Shown here: positions 13,458-26,696 of the stretch, piece after piece | Numbering within the stretch: position 1 is the first letter of the stretch | Layout: the number at the start of each line of letters is the position of its first letter | DNA from: Mytilus edulis | Taxonomy: Eukaryota | DNA length: 64,000 nt | Reading direction: 5' to 3' | NCBI RefSeq assembly: GCF_963676685.1 | Contig: NC_092348.1 | Location: forward strand, 31,186,001 to 31,250,000 | The notes under the pieces: model-generated | The model's input: only the letters and a program-made list of their open reading frames with translations | Told to the model about the DNA's origin: nothing | Databases searched by the model: none | Made by a program: the position numbers and the translations under genes

Positions 13458-13889
13458 ATGAATTGTTCAATCATTATTGTGATAGCTTCAATATCTATTG
13501 TGTATTACCTCAACTCTGTTACTGCTCAAGTTAATGTCAACATTAATGGTGGCGGTGGTGGCGGCGGAGGTGGTGATCAAGCTCCAGGTGGAAGAGGTGG
13601 TGATATTAATACTAAGATTATCATAAAAGGAAGTGGTAGAGGAGGTTGGAAAGGAGGAAGACGAGGGGACAGAAGAGGAGGTGGAAGAGCCGTCCAAGGC
13701 AGATTAAATAATCAAGGTGGGAGACGGGGAAATCAAATCGGGGGCAGAGGGAGAGGACAGGTTAGAGGGAGAGGACAAGTTGTAGGGAGAGGACAACTTG
13801 GAGGAAGAAGACAACTAATAAGAGGTCTAAGAAGACAAGTTAGAAGATTACTGGGAAATCCTGTTGGGCCCAGGTTTAGACGATTTTAA
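13458..13889 (+). CDS. Secreted Gly/Arg-rich protein, paralog 3 (143 aa; one module; RGG and GRGQ repeats)
   Basis: Signal peptide (..NSVTA|Q); module NVNIN-G9-DQAP-GGRGG-DINTKIII; acceptor AG 13447-13448; AATAAA 13910-13915. Confidence 0.9.
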   Translation: MNCSIIIVIASISIVYYLNSVTAQVNVNINGGGGGGGGGDQAPGGRGGDINTKIIIKGSGRGGWKGGRRGDRRGGGRAVQGRLNNQGGRRGNQIGGRGRGQVRGRGQVVGRGQLGGRRQLIRGLRRQVRRLLGNPVGPRFRRF

Positions 13890-14763
13890 TTATTTAAATA
13901 TCCAAAGACAATAAATTTACAAATATCGTATGTTTTGTTTCTATGGCCGAGTCGTGCTTTTAACAATCACTTACATATAGCAATTACACTCCCTAGCAAG
14001 ACTTGATAAACAACCAGTCAGTCAGGAAACCTTCCACCTTGGATCAATACCAAAAGCATCTCAAAAGAGTATTACACAGTTTCTTTTAAGCTAATTGTCA
14101 TTGGTTGCTGTTTATCATATTTTCTTTTCGTAAATGTATTTGTCATTACTTCATACAATCAATTTTCTGGTTTACATTATTTCCCATTTTATCATGTTTA
14201 GGGCTTTATATTACAGACTACATGTATAAAATATGGGTTTTGTTCATTTTTGAAGGCTGTATTGTAAGGTTACTTATAACCATTGTATCTACGTCATTAT
14301 GACTCTGCTGAATAGTAGTTTCGTTGCAATTGGCAATCAACCCACATCTCTTATTTATCATAGTACTTTGTTTATCATAAATTCAAAAGTAACCAATTCT
14401 TTCTGACCTATAGATAATTCTGTTAGTATTTGCTTTAAAATTGAATAGATAGTTCCTTATTTTGTTATGTTTGTTTTATGATACACGATTTATTCATTGA
14501 TGTTTGCATAATGTCTAGTGCCAAATGTTCTATGCATGCTCAAGAATGGAACTATAAATTCAATAGGTATACTCTGCAAGGTAAGTCGACCAGGACTTAC
14601 TTGTGAAAGGGAATAAGGACATCTGCCTTCCAAATTACAGAACATCAAAGATGTTGTAACGATTCTTTAAAATACAGAGAGTGGTAGTGTTGCACTCTCT
14701 CTGCACGCACTATAGGATTTTATCTCCCCGCCCTGTAATTTGACCCCAGGTACATGGATATTG

Positions 14764-15256
14764 AACAGATATATCATGTTATGGAGGGCTATTTGCGAAA
14801 AATACAAGTCGAGGGACTTAAATTTCCCGAGCCGCTAGGCAAGGGAAATTTTGTCCCAAGACTTGCATTTTTTGCAAATACCCCTCCATAACATGATATA
14901 TCTGTTTAATTACACCGAATAAATTTTAATTTAAACTCTCTGTACAAGGAAAAGGAAATATTTATTTGAGGACAAGTACTCTCATAAAATATACCGCGGG
15001 AACTATACATGTACTTATACGCGTTCGCGCTGTCTTTATGTAACGTCATATCCGAAAAAAATTGGCGGGAAGATGCTCGCGAGGGTAAAAAATGAATATC
15101 CAAAATGGCAAATACCATGGTATTTGAGGCATATTCACCGGCAGTGATGAAAAACAGTCAGATTCGTTTGAAATGAGGAAAAAATGTTAGAATATGCGAA
15201 AAATACACTGGCTATCAGCCAATCAAAAGCTGGCATTCTTATATAAGGTGTAATTA
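14764..15256. mobile_element. Hairpin-headed non-autonomous element (about 140-bp palindrome, then taattacacc..ggtgtaatta); possibly Crypton-type
   Basis: Imperfect palindrome at 14764-14906; absent from the paralogous flank near 12130-12150, so it is an insertion; class tentative. Confidence 0.6.
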
Positions 15257-15892
15257 GAATTAAAAAATCAAAATATCATATGCGTTTACTAAGAAATGTT
15301 TTATTTTAAAAAGAAGGCAAATGAACCTAGACTCTAAGGGTGAACGGTTGTCGGACAAATATGTTATGTAAGAAGAATAACATCATTCAATTGTTATAGT
15401 TTACAAGAATGTGTAATGTTTTTACTTCATGTATAAATGTTCAATTGAAACTGTGGTGAAATGGATTATATTTAAGGAGAAAAATTATTTTACTAAATTG
15501 GTTTGAATTGTTGATGGAAGATGGGGTCAGGGATAAACTTAAAAATCTGTCGTTTGATGGAAGAACTGTGAATCTATTTGGTTAGGCTATATGTAGAGGG
15601 TGAAGTGTATATTTTGAACGGTAATCAATTGTGAAAACTATTGCATACAAATACACTTAATTAGTTAACTTAAGTTAAGATTAATTTACTCTAACTATTG
15701 AGTCAAATTCATCAAGGTATCCAACATTCAATATTGGGTTGAGCGCTAAAAAACATGTTTTATGTTTGGCATCAGTAGTTAATCTGTTAATACCGATGCT
15801 TATATCTCTTTAAATCGAATTTGGAAGATAAAGTAATAAACAAAACTGAGGACCGTGTCCAAAGTGTGCATACATTACTTTGTGCCTGTTCA

Positions 15893-16137
15893 ATAAACTC
15901 TTCATAGATACCAGGATTAAATTTTGTATTTACGCCAGACGCACGTTTCGTCTACAAAAGACTCATCAGTTACGCTCGAATCAAAAAAATTAAAAAGGCC
16001 ATGCAAATAAAGTACGAAGTTGAAGAGCATTGAGGACCAAATTTCCTAACAGTTATGCCAAATACAGCTAGGTAATCTATGCCTGAGGTAGAAAAGCCTT
16101 AGTATTTCAAAAATTCAAAAGTTTTGTAAACAGTTAA
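15893..16137 (-). mobile_element. Interspersed repeat carrying a hammerhead ribozyme motif (PLE terminal-repeat-like)
   Basis: Same family at about 46500-46810 (opposite orientation) and degenerate at 34380-34590 and 50875-51065. Confidence 0.6.
15932..15975 (-). ncRNA. Minimal type I hammerhead ribozyme
   Basis: Minus strand reads gcgtaa CTGATGA gtc ttttgta gac GAAA cgtgcg TC tggcgt: intact core, stem II gtc/gac, short stem III, one mismatch in stem I. Confidence 0.65.
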
Positions 16138-16499
16138 TCAAAGTCAAGAAACTGTAATATTTAGTTATTATTATAATTCATTCAAATCGACACGACGGAT
16201 GCATAATAACGTGTGCTTGCAAGGCAGGTAATACAATTGTTTACACTAAATTTCTACGATCTCATATCGAGTGATAACCAGCATCAGTCAATATTTCCGT
16301 CTTTTTATACGGAAATATATATGTATATCACTTCAGAATTGGAAGAAAACAATAACGTGTGCTCATTAAGACGTTAGTGTTCAAACTGTTTATCTGAACT
16401 TGTGAATCGACGACCTCGAGGTTATTTCGAACAGTAAAATATGTTCAACCTGTCCAATCATCAAGGCCTTTAATTTTAGAAATTTCTATGTAAGAATGG

Positions 16500-17550
16500 G
16501 ATTCACTTCAAAGAAAATTATATAAAAATGGGAAGCTTTTCAAAACCATAAAACAATAACAATTATAAAATTGTAGTTGCAGATGAATTGGATTGGGGTT
16601 CTGTGAATCAATATCAGTCAACCGTTCCTTCCTACTCTTGGGAAAATTGGGGTATTTACCGACCCATTCGGATCACCACGTCACTATTTTTTTATGCTCC
16701 CTCGACATAACCACGTCGTTTATCCATTCACTTAATAAATAGGCTGTCTCAAATTACAACAAACCAGGTTAAATGTCAAACTGGACCGTCATTTTGTCTC
16801 CAATAAAATCTATAAACAAACACAAAGTATTGGTTGGACTATTCTAACGTTATAATACAGGTACAAGTGTTACCACTTACAGTATTACTCGAAATTGATA
16901 ATTGGATTGTTGGTTGGAAAACAGATAAACGATATAAACGTCGTTCATAGAAAAACAATTTCATACGCATATTTGGGTATGTATAATTAGTATGACTGTA
17001 TGTGTATCAATTGGAATAAAATTTAAGCATGACGATTCTAGAGATAAATAGAGAGTTATATTGAAAGGAGATTCATACTAGTTGTCATCGACTTTCATGA
17101 TTCACCCCTGTGACTTTGTGTAGAACCTTCAAAATGGAAATAGAGAAAATTCAATCCTTGTTTTACATTGAAATTGAAGTCAAATTTGAAAAAAAATGAA
17201 AAATGAAACATGTTTTAGTAAAAGTTTCTTCGAAGGTTTGATTGCTAGAAAGTTTGGATTAATGATTAGTGACAACTGTTTCGTGCAAACTAGTATTCAA
17301 GACGAACATTAAAGAGATGTAGTCAACCAAAACTTATACATTTATATAAGACAAAAGTGCATACCGAGTTTGAAGCTACAATAAAATTCATTCTCTATCG
17401 AACACTTTAGACAAGGAGGGTGAGAGCTTTCTGATTTAGTGCTGATGCTAGATTACATAGATTTAACCACAAGGATATTGGTCTGAAGACAAGAATATTT
17501 CCTTGCAAAGCGATAAAGCCTGCATGTACATATGTTTTTGCTGAAAACCT
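16500..17550 (+). mobile_element. Possible very decayed tyrosine-recombinase (DIRS/Ngaro-like) relic
   Basis: Fragments KIVVADELDWGSVNQY and HFRQGG / QGYWSEDKN loosely recall DIRS gag-like and YR motifs; many stops. Confidence 0.2.
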
Positions 17551-18254
17551 ATAGATCAAATAAAAAATCAGTTGTTAAAATTTTATTATTGAATGTGAAT
17601 GAAACGAGCAATCACGTTAAATAATCAACAACTGAGCATACGCTAAAGGGGGACCGGCATAGGATTATAATGTAAGATATAGTTAAGTCTAGTTAAGAAA
17701 AACCAGAAATTAGTAGACAGTACAGGACAAAGAATCAATTATAAACATTTTTTTTTTAAACGAAAAAAAATGACGATTTCATACTTTGCACATTAGCAAT
17801 GATTAAGAATATACGGATGTTAACAAATATTGGGGAACTGGCGAATTCCTAAATCTTTGATCAGTGACATAACAATTCATAAAATACGTTATCGATTTTC
17901 ACTTACGAGTAGCAAATTTAGACATATGTATTTGCTTCTTAAAACTGAATGACGCCTGATTGGCCTTAAAAAAAGAGAAGGGATATACTAAATGGATAAA
18001 TAAACAGACAATGCAATAGTACAATGGTCAAGACAGAAAAACGACAAAAAGACTCACATCAATATACAAAACCCAGGAAAGAAAACTAAAGACGAGCAAC
18101 ACGAAATCCACCAATCCATATCCTGCTCGATATAAAATACGATCTCTCACAATGCACACTGACAATTTGTATATTTAACGAACGTTTTCAAATCAGTTAG
18201 GTATAAAGGAAGTTGGACCCCTAATGTCGTTGATTTGTTTTTCAGTGAAGGATT

Positions 18255-18683
18255 ATGAATGGTTCAATCATTATTGTGATAGCTTCAATATCTGTTGTAT
18301 TTAACCTCAATTCAGTAACTGCCCAAGTAAATGTCGACATAACTGGAGGCGGAGGCGGAGGCGGAGGCGGTGGTGGTGATCAAGCACCTGGTGGTAGAGG
18401 TGGCGATATTAATACAAAAATTATCATAAAAGGAGGTGGAAGAGGAGGTAAAAGAGGAGGTAGAAAAGGATTTCGAAAAGGAGGTAAAGGCAGATTAAAT
18501 AATAAAGGTAGAAGACGAGGAGGACAAAACATCGGGGGTAGAGGGAGAGGAAATTTTGAAGGAAGAGGACAAGTTCGAGGGAGAGGACAAGTTAGGGGAC
18601 GAGGACAAATTCGAGGACTAGGACGAGGCGGGGGTCAGTATAGAGGATCACTAGGATATGCTGGTGGATTTAGACGTTTTTAG
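18255..18683 (+). CDS. Secreted Gly/Arg-rich protein, paralog 4 (142 aa; one module)
   Basis: Paralog of 13458-13889 (similar signal peptide, DQAPGGRGGDINTKIII, C-terminal FRRF); acceptor AG 18244-18245; AATAAA 18703-18708. Confidence 0.9.
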   Translation: MNGSIIIVIASISVVFNLNSVTAQVNVDITGGGGGGGGGGGDQAPGGRGGDINTKIIIKGGGRGGKRGGRKGFRKGGKGRLNNKGRRRGGQNIGGRGRGNFEGRGQVRGRGQVRGRGQIRGLGRGGGQYRGSLGYAGGFRRF

Positions 18684-20651
18684 TTATTTAAATTTTAAAG
18701 GGAATAAAACTTCAAATATCATATGTTTTGTTTTTATGTCAGAGTTTTCCTTTTTTAATCGCAATACTGTGTTGCATTTAGTTAGAAACGCAGATTGTAG
18801 TAATTTAACTGTGTATACCTTACATGTTTTCTGTGAGTGACTAGATTTCTATATCATCTTCAAATATTGATTGATATGCGAAATTTAAATAATATGTAAA
18901 TAACGTGGGGATATAATGTATTAATTGCTGTAAATAGGATAGGCACCCTTATAACACTACCAGATCTTGTAAAAAGAGTGATGGATGTTTTAAAGTTTAA
19001 GCACTATGAAATCTTACGACTATATTTTGCTTGGCATCTTTTCTATTACAGGGTTTGCAGTAAACTTCGCAAAGGATTTGGTATTGCGTGCCTTACCCTT
19101 TCATGATAACCTCCGTGCAATATGTATTTTCATAGATATAGGTATGAGTGCCAATGAGACAAATCTCCATCCAAGTCACAATTTTAAAAAGTAAACCACT
19201 ATAGGGCAAGGTACGGTCTTCAACGCGGAGCCTAGGCTCACACCGAACAGCAATCTATATATATATAAAGGGTCCACAAAATTACTAGTGTAAAACCATT
19301 CAAACGGAAAAATCAACTGTCTAATCTATATAAAAAAACGAGACACAAGAAACACTTATGAACCACATAAACGACAACCACTGTACATATGTTTTACCAC
19401 ATCACTAGTTGTTGCATAAGATAAGAATTAACTGTTTGTCTCTCTTTGACTGATGTTTTTTTTTAATTTCCTATTTTGTATGAAAATGATTAATAATAGT
19501 AACTTGCATCCAGGTCAATTAGAGTACGATACAAGCTAGTGACAATCATCTCTATATTCTTTATATTACTTTATTAATATATGAATACAAGAAAACAAGT
19601 TGTTTATGTGCAATGTTTTTCTAAACGACCGTCAACCTCCATTTTTTTAAACTAATGGTCAGCTGAGTACTAAACGTTTTCGACCGATATATAAACAGCT
19701 GAATTACGTCATGATATTATTCTAAAGAAAATAGCAATTTATTATTATACTTGCAAAGGTTACAAGAGAAATATGATGTTTTTGAATTTAAAACATTTCC
19801 GATAAATCATTCGAAACTTAAATCTGGTTTTATTAAAATATTAATTACATTCAGTATCAACATGCTCCCGTTCTTAAAGTGCATGTAATATTCAACAACG
19901 GCCTTTACACTAACTTCGATCATTCAATCATAAAATTAAAAAAAAGTTTGGCAAAGTCGTGGGAATGCTTGGGCTATTTTAAGACCTTTAAGAGGTTCTG
20001 GATTTTCTCATTGTTCTACAGTTAATGTTTATATATCAGTCCTTTCAAGAACATCCTCAAAATTCCTTTACTACAACGTTGGTTGTTTTTATTTTTATTT
20101 ATTTGTTTGAATAAAAAAGACAAATGTGTGCGTCTCTCGTTTAAGGAAGATAAAGAACTACTTCGATAAAAAATAATAAGAAGGTATTGCTCTTATGAGA
20201 TTTTTATATTTCATACATTATGTTTTTGATATATCAAGTGGATTAGTCGATTGAAATCTATGAGCAAAAATTGTGGATGTTTCTTGATATGGATGAAACA
20301 GATGATATGAAATGGACATTTAAGCATGAAACATAATTACAAATTTCATGAATTTAGTTCTTTTTGTGGTTTTTCCTTTCTCTATTTACTTTGTCATTTA
20401 TCCTTTTAAATACCCATTGTGTTAACAAAGGACATCACCGCGGGGTTGCCGATGATCTCAATAGGTGGTTGACTTAGTTAACAGGTTAATACCTTTTTGA
20501 GCTTTCTGTGTCAATCGAAATATGGGAAGAGGTGTTACAGAAACTGACAACTTTCAGTGTATGCCGAAAAATAAAGAATGTGGTAGGCAATCGAAGAATT
20601 AATTTTGTCATTATTAAGGAAACAGATTATAGTATGAATGGTTCCACATGT

Positions 20652-21663
20652 AAGAATTGAATGCTTCTTTTTGTGACTACATTGCCGCGCTTCATACAAA
20701 ATGTACTTCGGTCAACTCTTTTACAACCCTATGAAGTTACAAAAAGAAGCATTCAATACTTATAATATTTTTTAGCTAGGATCATGAAAAAACGATTTTT
20801 ATCAAGTTTTTATTTAATTTACCTGTGCACTTTATTGTGGGACCTCTTGTCATCATGAACGAAAATTTTTATTGTGTAATGAAGTTGCTTAAAGGGGCAC
20901 TAGCTACGAGATATATAAAAAATCTAACGTTTGATTTTTTTCTGTTCAATCAATAATGAAAGTGCATGAAATAGTGAAATAACAATTCGCTTTTTGCAGC
21001 CAATAAGGATTCAATTTTGTCAAATTACGCTAAGAAACATTGATAATTAGTAATTCACTTGCAAGTGAATGAGTCGACCTCTTTAAATCCGTATTTATGC
21101 GAACTTCAATTTAATCCCTAGTTAGAGATTGACAACGCATGCATTGTACGTGTACTGGTTATTTAAAGAAAAAGAATGTCAACAATGAAAGTGAAACTAC
21201 GGTAAATCATTTGATTACTAATTCGATGCACATATAATCATTCTTGTACGGTTAAAAACAATGAGAAACATCTATTTTTAATCTATAAAATAAAATCAAA
21301 CAGACCTATAAAAATCCAATTGCACGTGTTGGTTTAATCTATTCATATCTTTATTTATGTTTACATCGCTTATATGGTCATCTGAGGTCAAATCGATAGT
21401 TAATTGGATGGCGTATGGACTAAAATACACATGAAACGAATCTATATATTATCTACCCCATGATCTGTAAATTGTTTATTTTAGACTTTTAATAGTTTGG
21501 ATAAATGTTTTACATTGTTATAAATCAAATATGAGAATTTGAGTCAAATCGGTGACCACGAATTTGACAGCTAGTGCCCCTTGAAGGAATAACGCGAGAT
21601 TATAGTGTAGCCAATCAGAATAGCGTATTACATGTGTATAATGAAACATACATCTTATGTAAT
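20652..21663. mobile_element. Hairpin-headed element (same family as 55975-56345), split by a nested MITE
   Basis: aagaattgaatgcttcttttt..aaaaagaagcattcaat hairpin; tail agccaatcagaat..catcttatgtaat resumes after the insert. Confidence 0.7.
20893..21581. mobile_element. Kolobok-like MITE inserted at TTAA
   Basis: ttaa|aggggcactagct ... agctagtgcccct|tgaa. Confidence 0.75.
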
Positions 21664-22689
21664 TTTTCAGTTATGATGTTGTGCTCGCTGTTCTTATAGA
21701 TATCCATCAACGGTTGATCTGTACACCTGTCACTTGGCATTCTTTTTTGTTCATTTTCGAATTTTGAGTTGTTTTCTCGCTCTAATTTTGATGTCTTCGC
21801 CTATAATATACATCTAATGAAAACCACGAAGTATATGTCATATCCTCTAAATGCGTGTTATGTCGAACTTTATTAAACACGCAAAAATGTTTACTTTGAA
21901 ACTACTACACATTCATAAAACAAAATTTAAAAAAAATATTGTTCGAATTTGATTTTATCGTATTATAATGTTCTCGATATCCCAATACGTAAATACTAAA
22001 CTCGAATAATTCTTAATATTACAAGAAAGGAAACAAATGTCCAGGGATACCTGATGAGGATAGGTCTAGGCCGAAACACGTTTTATATGACAAAGAACAC
22101 AGACTCACCTATGTGATTTTTTTCTTAGAATACACACACAATTTAGATGAATTTTAGATGAATTGCACGTACAAGTTTCTTTATTATAGTAGAAAAATTA
22201 ATGCTGAAAAAAGTACTCCATAACAAAACAAATATTTTCATACACTGAGTCACCAAATCTCTATTTATCGGTCGTCCCACTGTATAAATCACTGTGCTCA
22301 GCTTTTTATAAAATTGCATATCAAGGATTTGTGACGTCATGTACGTTGACCTGGTCTTAAGGAAGTTCGCTTGTCATTTTTTGGAAGTTTTGTCAGATTT
22401 TCGGATTCCTCTGGTTTTATACATTTGAATGCCTTAAAAAAATTGGCCCATTGACCCCAAATTTTCTTTTTATAAAATCATTTACATGCATAATTATAAG
22501 CCTAATAAAATCTTTGTTATTTTAAAAAAAAAATGAGAACTGAAACTTGTCAATGATAACTTGTCAAAGAAAAATCAAGAGAGAATATTTCCCACCAAAT
22601 TTCAATGGCTAATATCCCAGAAACAAGTAGATTGACCTATATTCTATTTTTTTTTTTATTTTTTGGTTCCTTTATTAATCTGACGGTAA

Positions 22690-23103
22690 TAGTTCCGAGA
22701 CCACAATTATTTCGTAGTGCATTTCTTTTAGAACATAAATGAAAATAAAAAAATCCCACTTGCGCTTTCTCAAAGAAACTTTTACAGTGTGTTGTACTCC
22801 TTTTGGGACAAATTATATCAAAATTATAGAAAACTTCATCGGCTTTAACTCAAAATATGGACAATTTTATGTTGAGGGCGTATTGAAATCTTTTGACAGC
22901 TTCCGAAGTGCTAATTTTTAACCTTTTTCAGCTGGACCAAATCACTACTTTCCTTAACAATTCCGGACCCAAATTTTTTACAGTGTAATTTCACCCCTCT
23001 ACGTGCAATTTGAGGCATTAAACATGGAGAAATAAATTTGGAAGGTGTATGAAAATCAATGGCAAGTAACCCACTGTAAACACTAGGGACTGGTCTCGGA
23101 CCA
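22690..23103. mobile_element. MITE with short TIRs
   Basis: tccgagacca ... tggtctcgga. Confidence 0.5.
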
Positions 23104-23305
23104 ATAGTGCATATTGTATCTGTTAAAATTCCATCTTCCACAGATCGAAATAAAAAGAGATAACACCAAACTCAGATCAGAAACTTGGTCAATGGTTGTC
23201 GTAAGTTCATAATGATTTGTTTTGTAGTAGGTGGTAGAACTATTGTAGTCTGTTAAATTTGTCTACGACTTGCCTAGAATTTTGAAAAAATATTAAGATG
23301 TTAAT

Positions 23306-23678
23306 AACCAGTTCTTGGGGTGAACACTAAATTTTGGAAAAAATCTGGAGGCCTGCTAGATGATTTAGTTTGTTTAAAATTGGTATGGACGAATACTGTT
23401 ACATGCAATGCTTTACAAGCTAATGTTGATTTTTCAGAAGATGTATTGGTTTATGAGTTTCAGTTAATGTCATGTATCTAGTAAGTGAACGAATATCGAA
23501 GGTACAATACATAAATTGGACAAACATGCCATTGAACCATATTTATTTGACAAAACAACATTAGCTTGTACTGCATTACACGTAACAGTATTCATCCATA
23601 CCAATTTTAAACAATTTAAGTCGTCTAGCAGGCCTCCAGATTTTTCGGAAAATTCAGTGTTCACCTCAAGAACCGGTT
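23306..23678. mobile_element. Foldback/MITE with imperfect inverted arms of about 125 bp
   Basis: aaccagttcttggggtgaacact..gctaatgttg / caacattagc..agtgttcacctcaagaaccggtt. Confidence 0.7.
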
Positions 23679-25899
23679 TGGCTACAACATAACAATTTCA
23701 AGTTTATTAACCATTTACACTGTGTGTATGTTAAGTATGTCTAAATAAAGATATGTTTCCATAGTTTAGGACTTTTTTTTTTATTATAGGTTGAAAAATA
23801 CAGCCAAATGTTTTAACAGTTTAGATGTTTTTGATGATTCCTATATTTTGACTTTAGTAGAATCTTAAAACAATTGTCTATTGTTTAAGAACGTACATAA
23901 CTAATATATGTTGATCTCCAGATGTCCCTATTTGTATAGTGTTGGGTAAAAGTCTCATTAAAATGCATGTCAAACCCTTTTTTCAACTATTTTGGCTATA
24001 TTCATACAAAAATAAATTTCTTGAAAAAAGTATCTGCAGTAATACGATAAATGTTGGTAACCATTTGCTCTTTAACAAATTTTCAGGTACACATCATATA
24101 CGGACTTTCTAAAACTCAATTTTATTATCTGCACTTAAAATTATGTAGTAAAACCGCACTTAAATAGGATGTATTTCATAATATCACTTCCATGTTATTA
24201 TGTCAAGATCACAATCTTTGCATGGTTTTTTTTAAGAAAAGGCAAAAAATGCATGTATTTTTTCATTTGTAATCCCGGATATATGATGGTAACCAAAAGT
24301 GATCTGGAACTAAAAGGTGCATTTTTAAAGTGTAGATGAAACTTTAGGAAGAAAGGTAATATGTTTAAATATTTTTTGATTATTTTATGTAATCGTAAGG
24401 CTAGTAATTTTGCATTCTATTAAGTGTTAGTTTGTACCGGAATATCAAAGACGCACGGTATCTAAAATATTTTTTTTCTCTCTTTGCTTTCCAAACTTTC
24501 TAATGCTTTTTTTTTTTTTTTTCTTAATTAATGATATCTAGTCTATTCCTCATGAAAGTTTCTTCGTCTAATGTTATGTATAATAAGGCCTTAAAGTGTT
24601 ATCCTGATTCATTGAGAAACATGCGTTCTCCTTAATTAAATGTGTTTTTTTCATACCGGTATATGATACAAACTGTATATAAATTCAGTCGTTTAATCAA
24701 AAAAATCATGCTTACCACCTTGCACCAATTTGCAGTAGATATTCACTATGAAAGTCGCGAACTTTGTCTTTGCATGCATTTATGAAATTCTCTGTTCATG
24801 GTTCCTACAAAAGTGGTTGTTAAAATTGTGGTGTCATCAGTCTTATTGTTCCTGTAAGTGTAACATAACAAGGATAAATGTTAATACATATCTACTGAAA
24901 AAATTAAATGTTTAAAACAGAACGTTATAACAAATTGACCATAAATTGTGCAGCGTTCTGAGGTTCACAATAGCCTTTTTTTTGTAAGAAAACATCTGGT
25001 TTGGTATTTTCGTAAAATTGGGCAAAATTTATATATCCATAAAAAGAAGAAGAATATCATGTTCCGCTTAACAAAAAATCTGTAAACGAGTTGATTTATA
25101 TATTATATTATTTTTACTAATATGAATAATCCTCTGTTTTGTTTTTCTGCCCTTGTTTTACCCAGCTCGCCTTAAAAGGCAAAGTAAAGGGTTGAAAAAT
25201 ACAATGCTGTTTGTCAAAATGTTAGAAAATCATCAAGTCTTTCAATACTTAAAATTTACAAGTTTTATGGACATTTCAATATCAACTTTGTATATGAAAC
25301 AAACCGGAAAAACTTCAAGTAAGTTTTGTGGTTTGTTTAAGGTAATTTGTTTGTGGTTTTGTTTCTAGGTTCAAAAGGTCATGCGTGTTTTTCACCTTAA
25401 TATATATGTCTTCTATTTCTACTTTTTTACCATTTGCCTCGTTCTGAATAATGGAGCTGTTAGTTTTATTTTGCTGAACCAGCAATCCAATAACGCAAAC
25501 AAAACGACAAACATATGGTATTTAACGATATAAGCTCCGAATAACCCAGCTTTAAAAAAAATATCAGAGACTACAACATTTCGTCATCAAAACCATATTA
25601 TCAAAATAACAAAAACTTTTTAAGAATGTACTAATCTTTGAAAGTCATATTTAGGAGTTTTAGTTATATGTTCGGTCTCCTTGGATTTTTTCGTACGATA
25701 TAGGGTAAAATAGTTTTCCCCATGTATACCACCCATTTTTCTTTCCATGTAACATTTAAATAACTCATAAAAGTTTTACCAAAATATTATAGCAGATTCT
25801 CGCTTTCTTTTCTAACGCTTTAAAACTGTAATATTGACCATCGTGAACTAAGGTAAACATTCAAGTTAGTCTTTTCTCGCCATATTTCAAAAATAAAAA

Positions 25900-26345
25900 A
25901 TAACGATGTTAAAAACCTATCAATATTTTTGGCTTATTTGTTCCTGAACTAATGGTCTTCTGATTTATAATATCAATTTCAAATTCTAGTAAATTTTAAT
26001 TTCAACTAAGATCACCCTAAGATATGACACCATTATATCATTTTAATCAAATATCTCAAAAAGGAGTTCAATAACCTATCAATATTTTTTGCATATTTGT
26101 TCCTTAACTAATGCTCTTCTGATTTATAGTATCAATTTCAAATTCTAGTGTTTTTTTTATTAAATTTCAATTAAGTACATCCATAATTATAACACAATAA
26201 TATTTAAAATCAAATATCTCAAAATAGAGTTCGACAACCAAATAATATTTTTGGCTTATTTGTTCCTTAAGTAATGCTCTTCTGACCTATAGTATCAACT
26301 TCAAAATCTAGTAAGTACATCCTTTAAAATAACACAATAATAACT
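25900..26345. repeat. About three tandem units of about 160 bp upstream of paralog 5
   Basis: aatatttttggcttatttgttcct..cttctga..tatcaa..tctagt near 25920, 26080, 26245. Confidence 0.75.
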
Positions 26346-26696
26346 ACTGGCACAAATGCTATGCAAGCCAAATCACACAAAAGTATGTGAAATTACATAC
26401 TGTATTTTTATAAAATCCCCTTTCTTTTCCAAATGTTAAAACGTTATAATCTACAAATTACAAAAAAAAACTGACAATGACTATGACAAATCATACGGAT
26501 TCTATGTAATGATTCAAAATTCATTTCAAGGGATATTATAAATGGTTATACAATTTTAAGAAAGGTGTTTCACCTCAGTCTATGTAATGCATGTATATTT
26601 TTTTAGTTAATTTTTATTTTTAATAGATTGTACGAAGCTACGACAAACTGAACTAATGAAAAACAGTCATAAAGGCCAAGTTTTACTCTATATACA

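Noticed and set aside
14550-14590. TATA plus GTAAGT as exon 1 of paralog 4
   Set aside because: The donor is only about 28 nt from the TATA and the region looks repeat-derived
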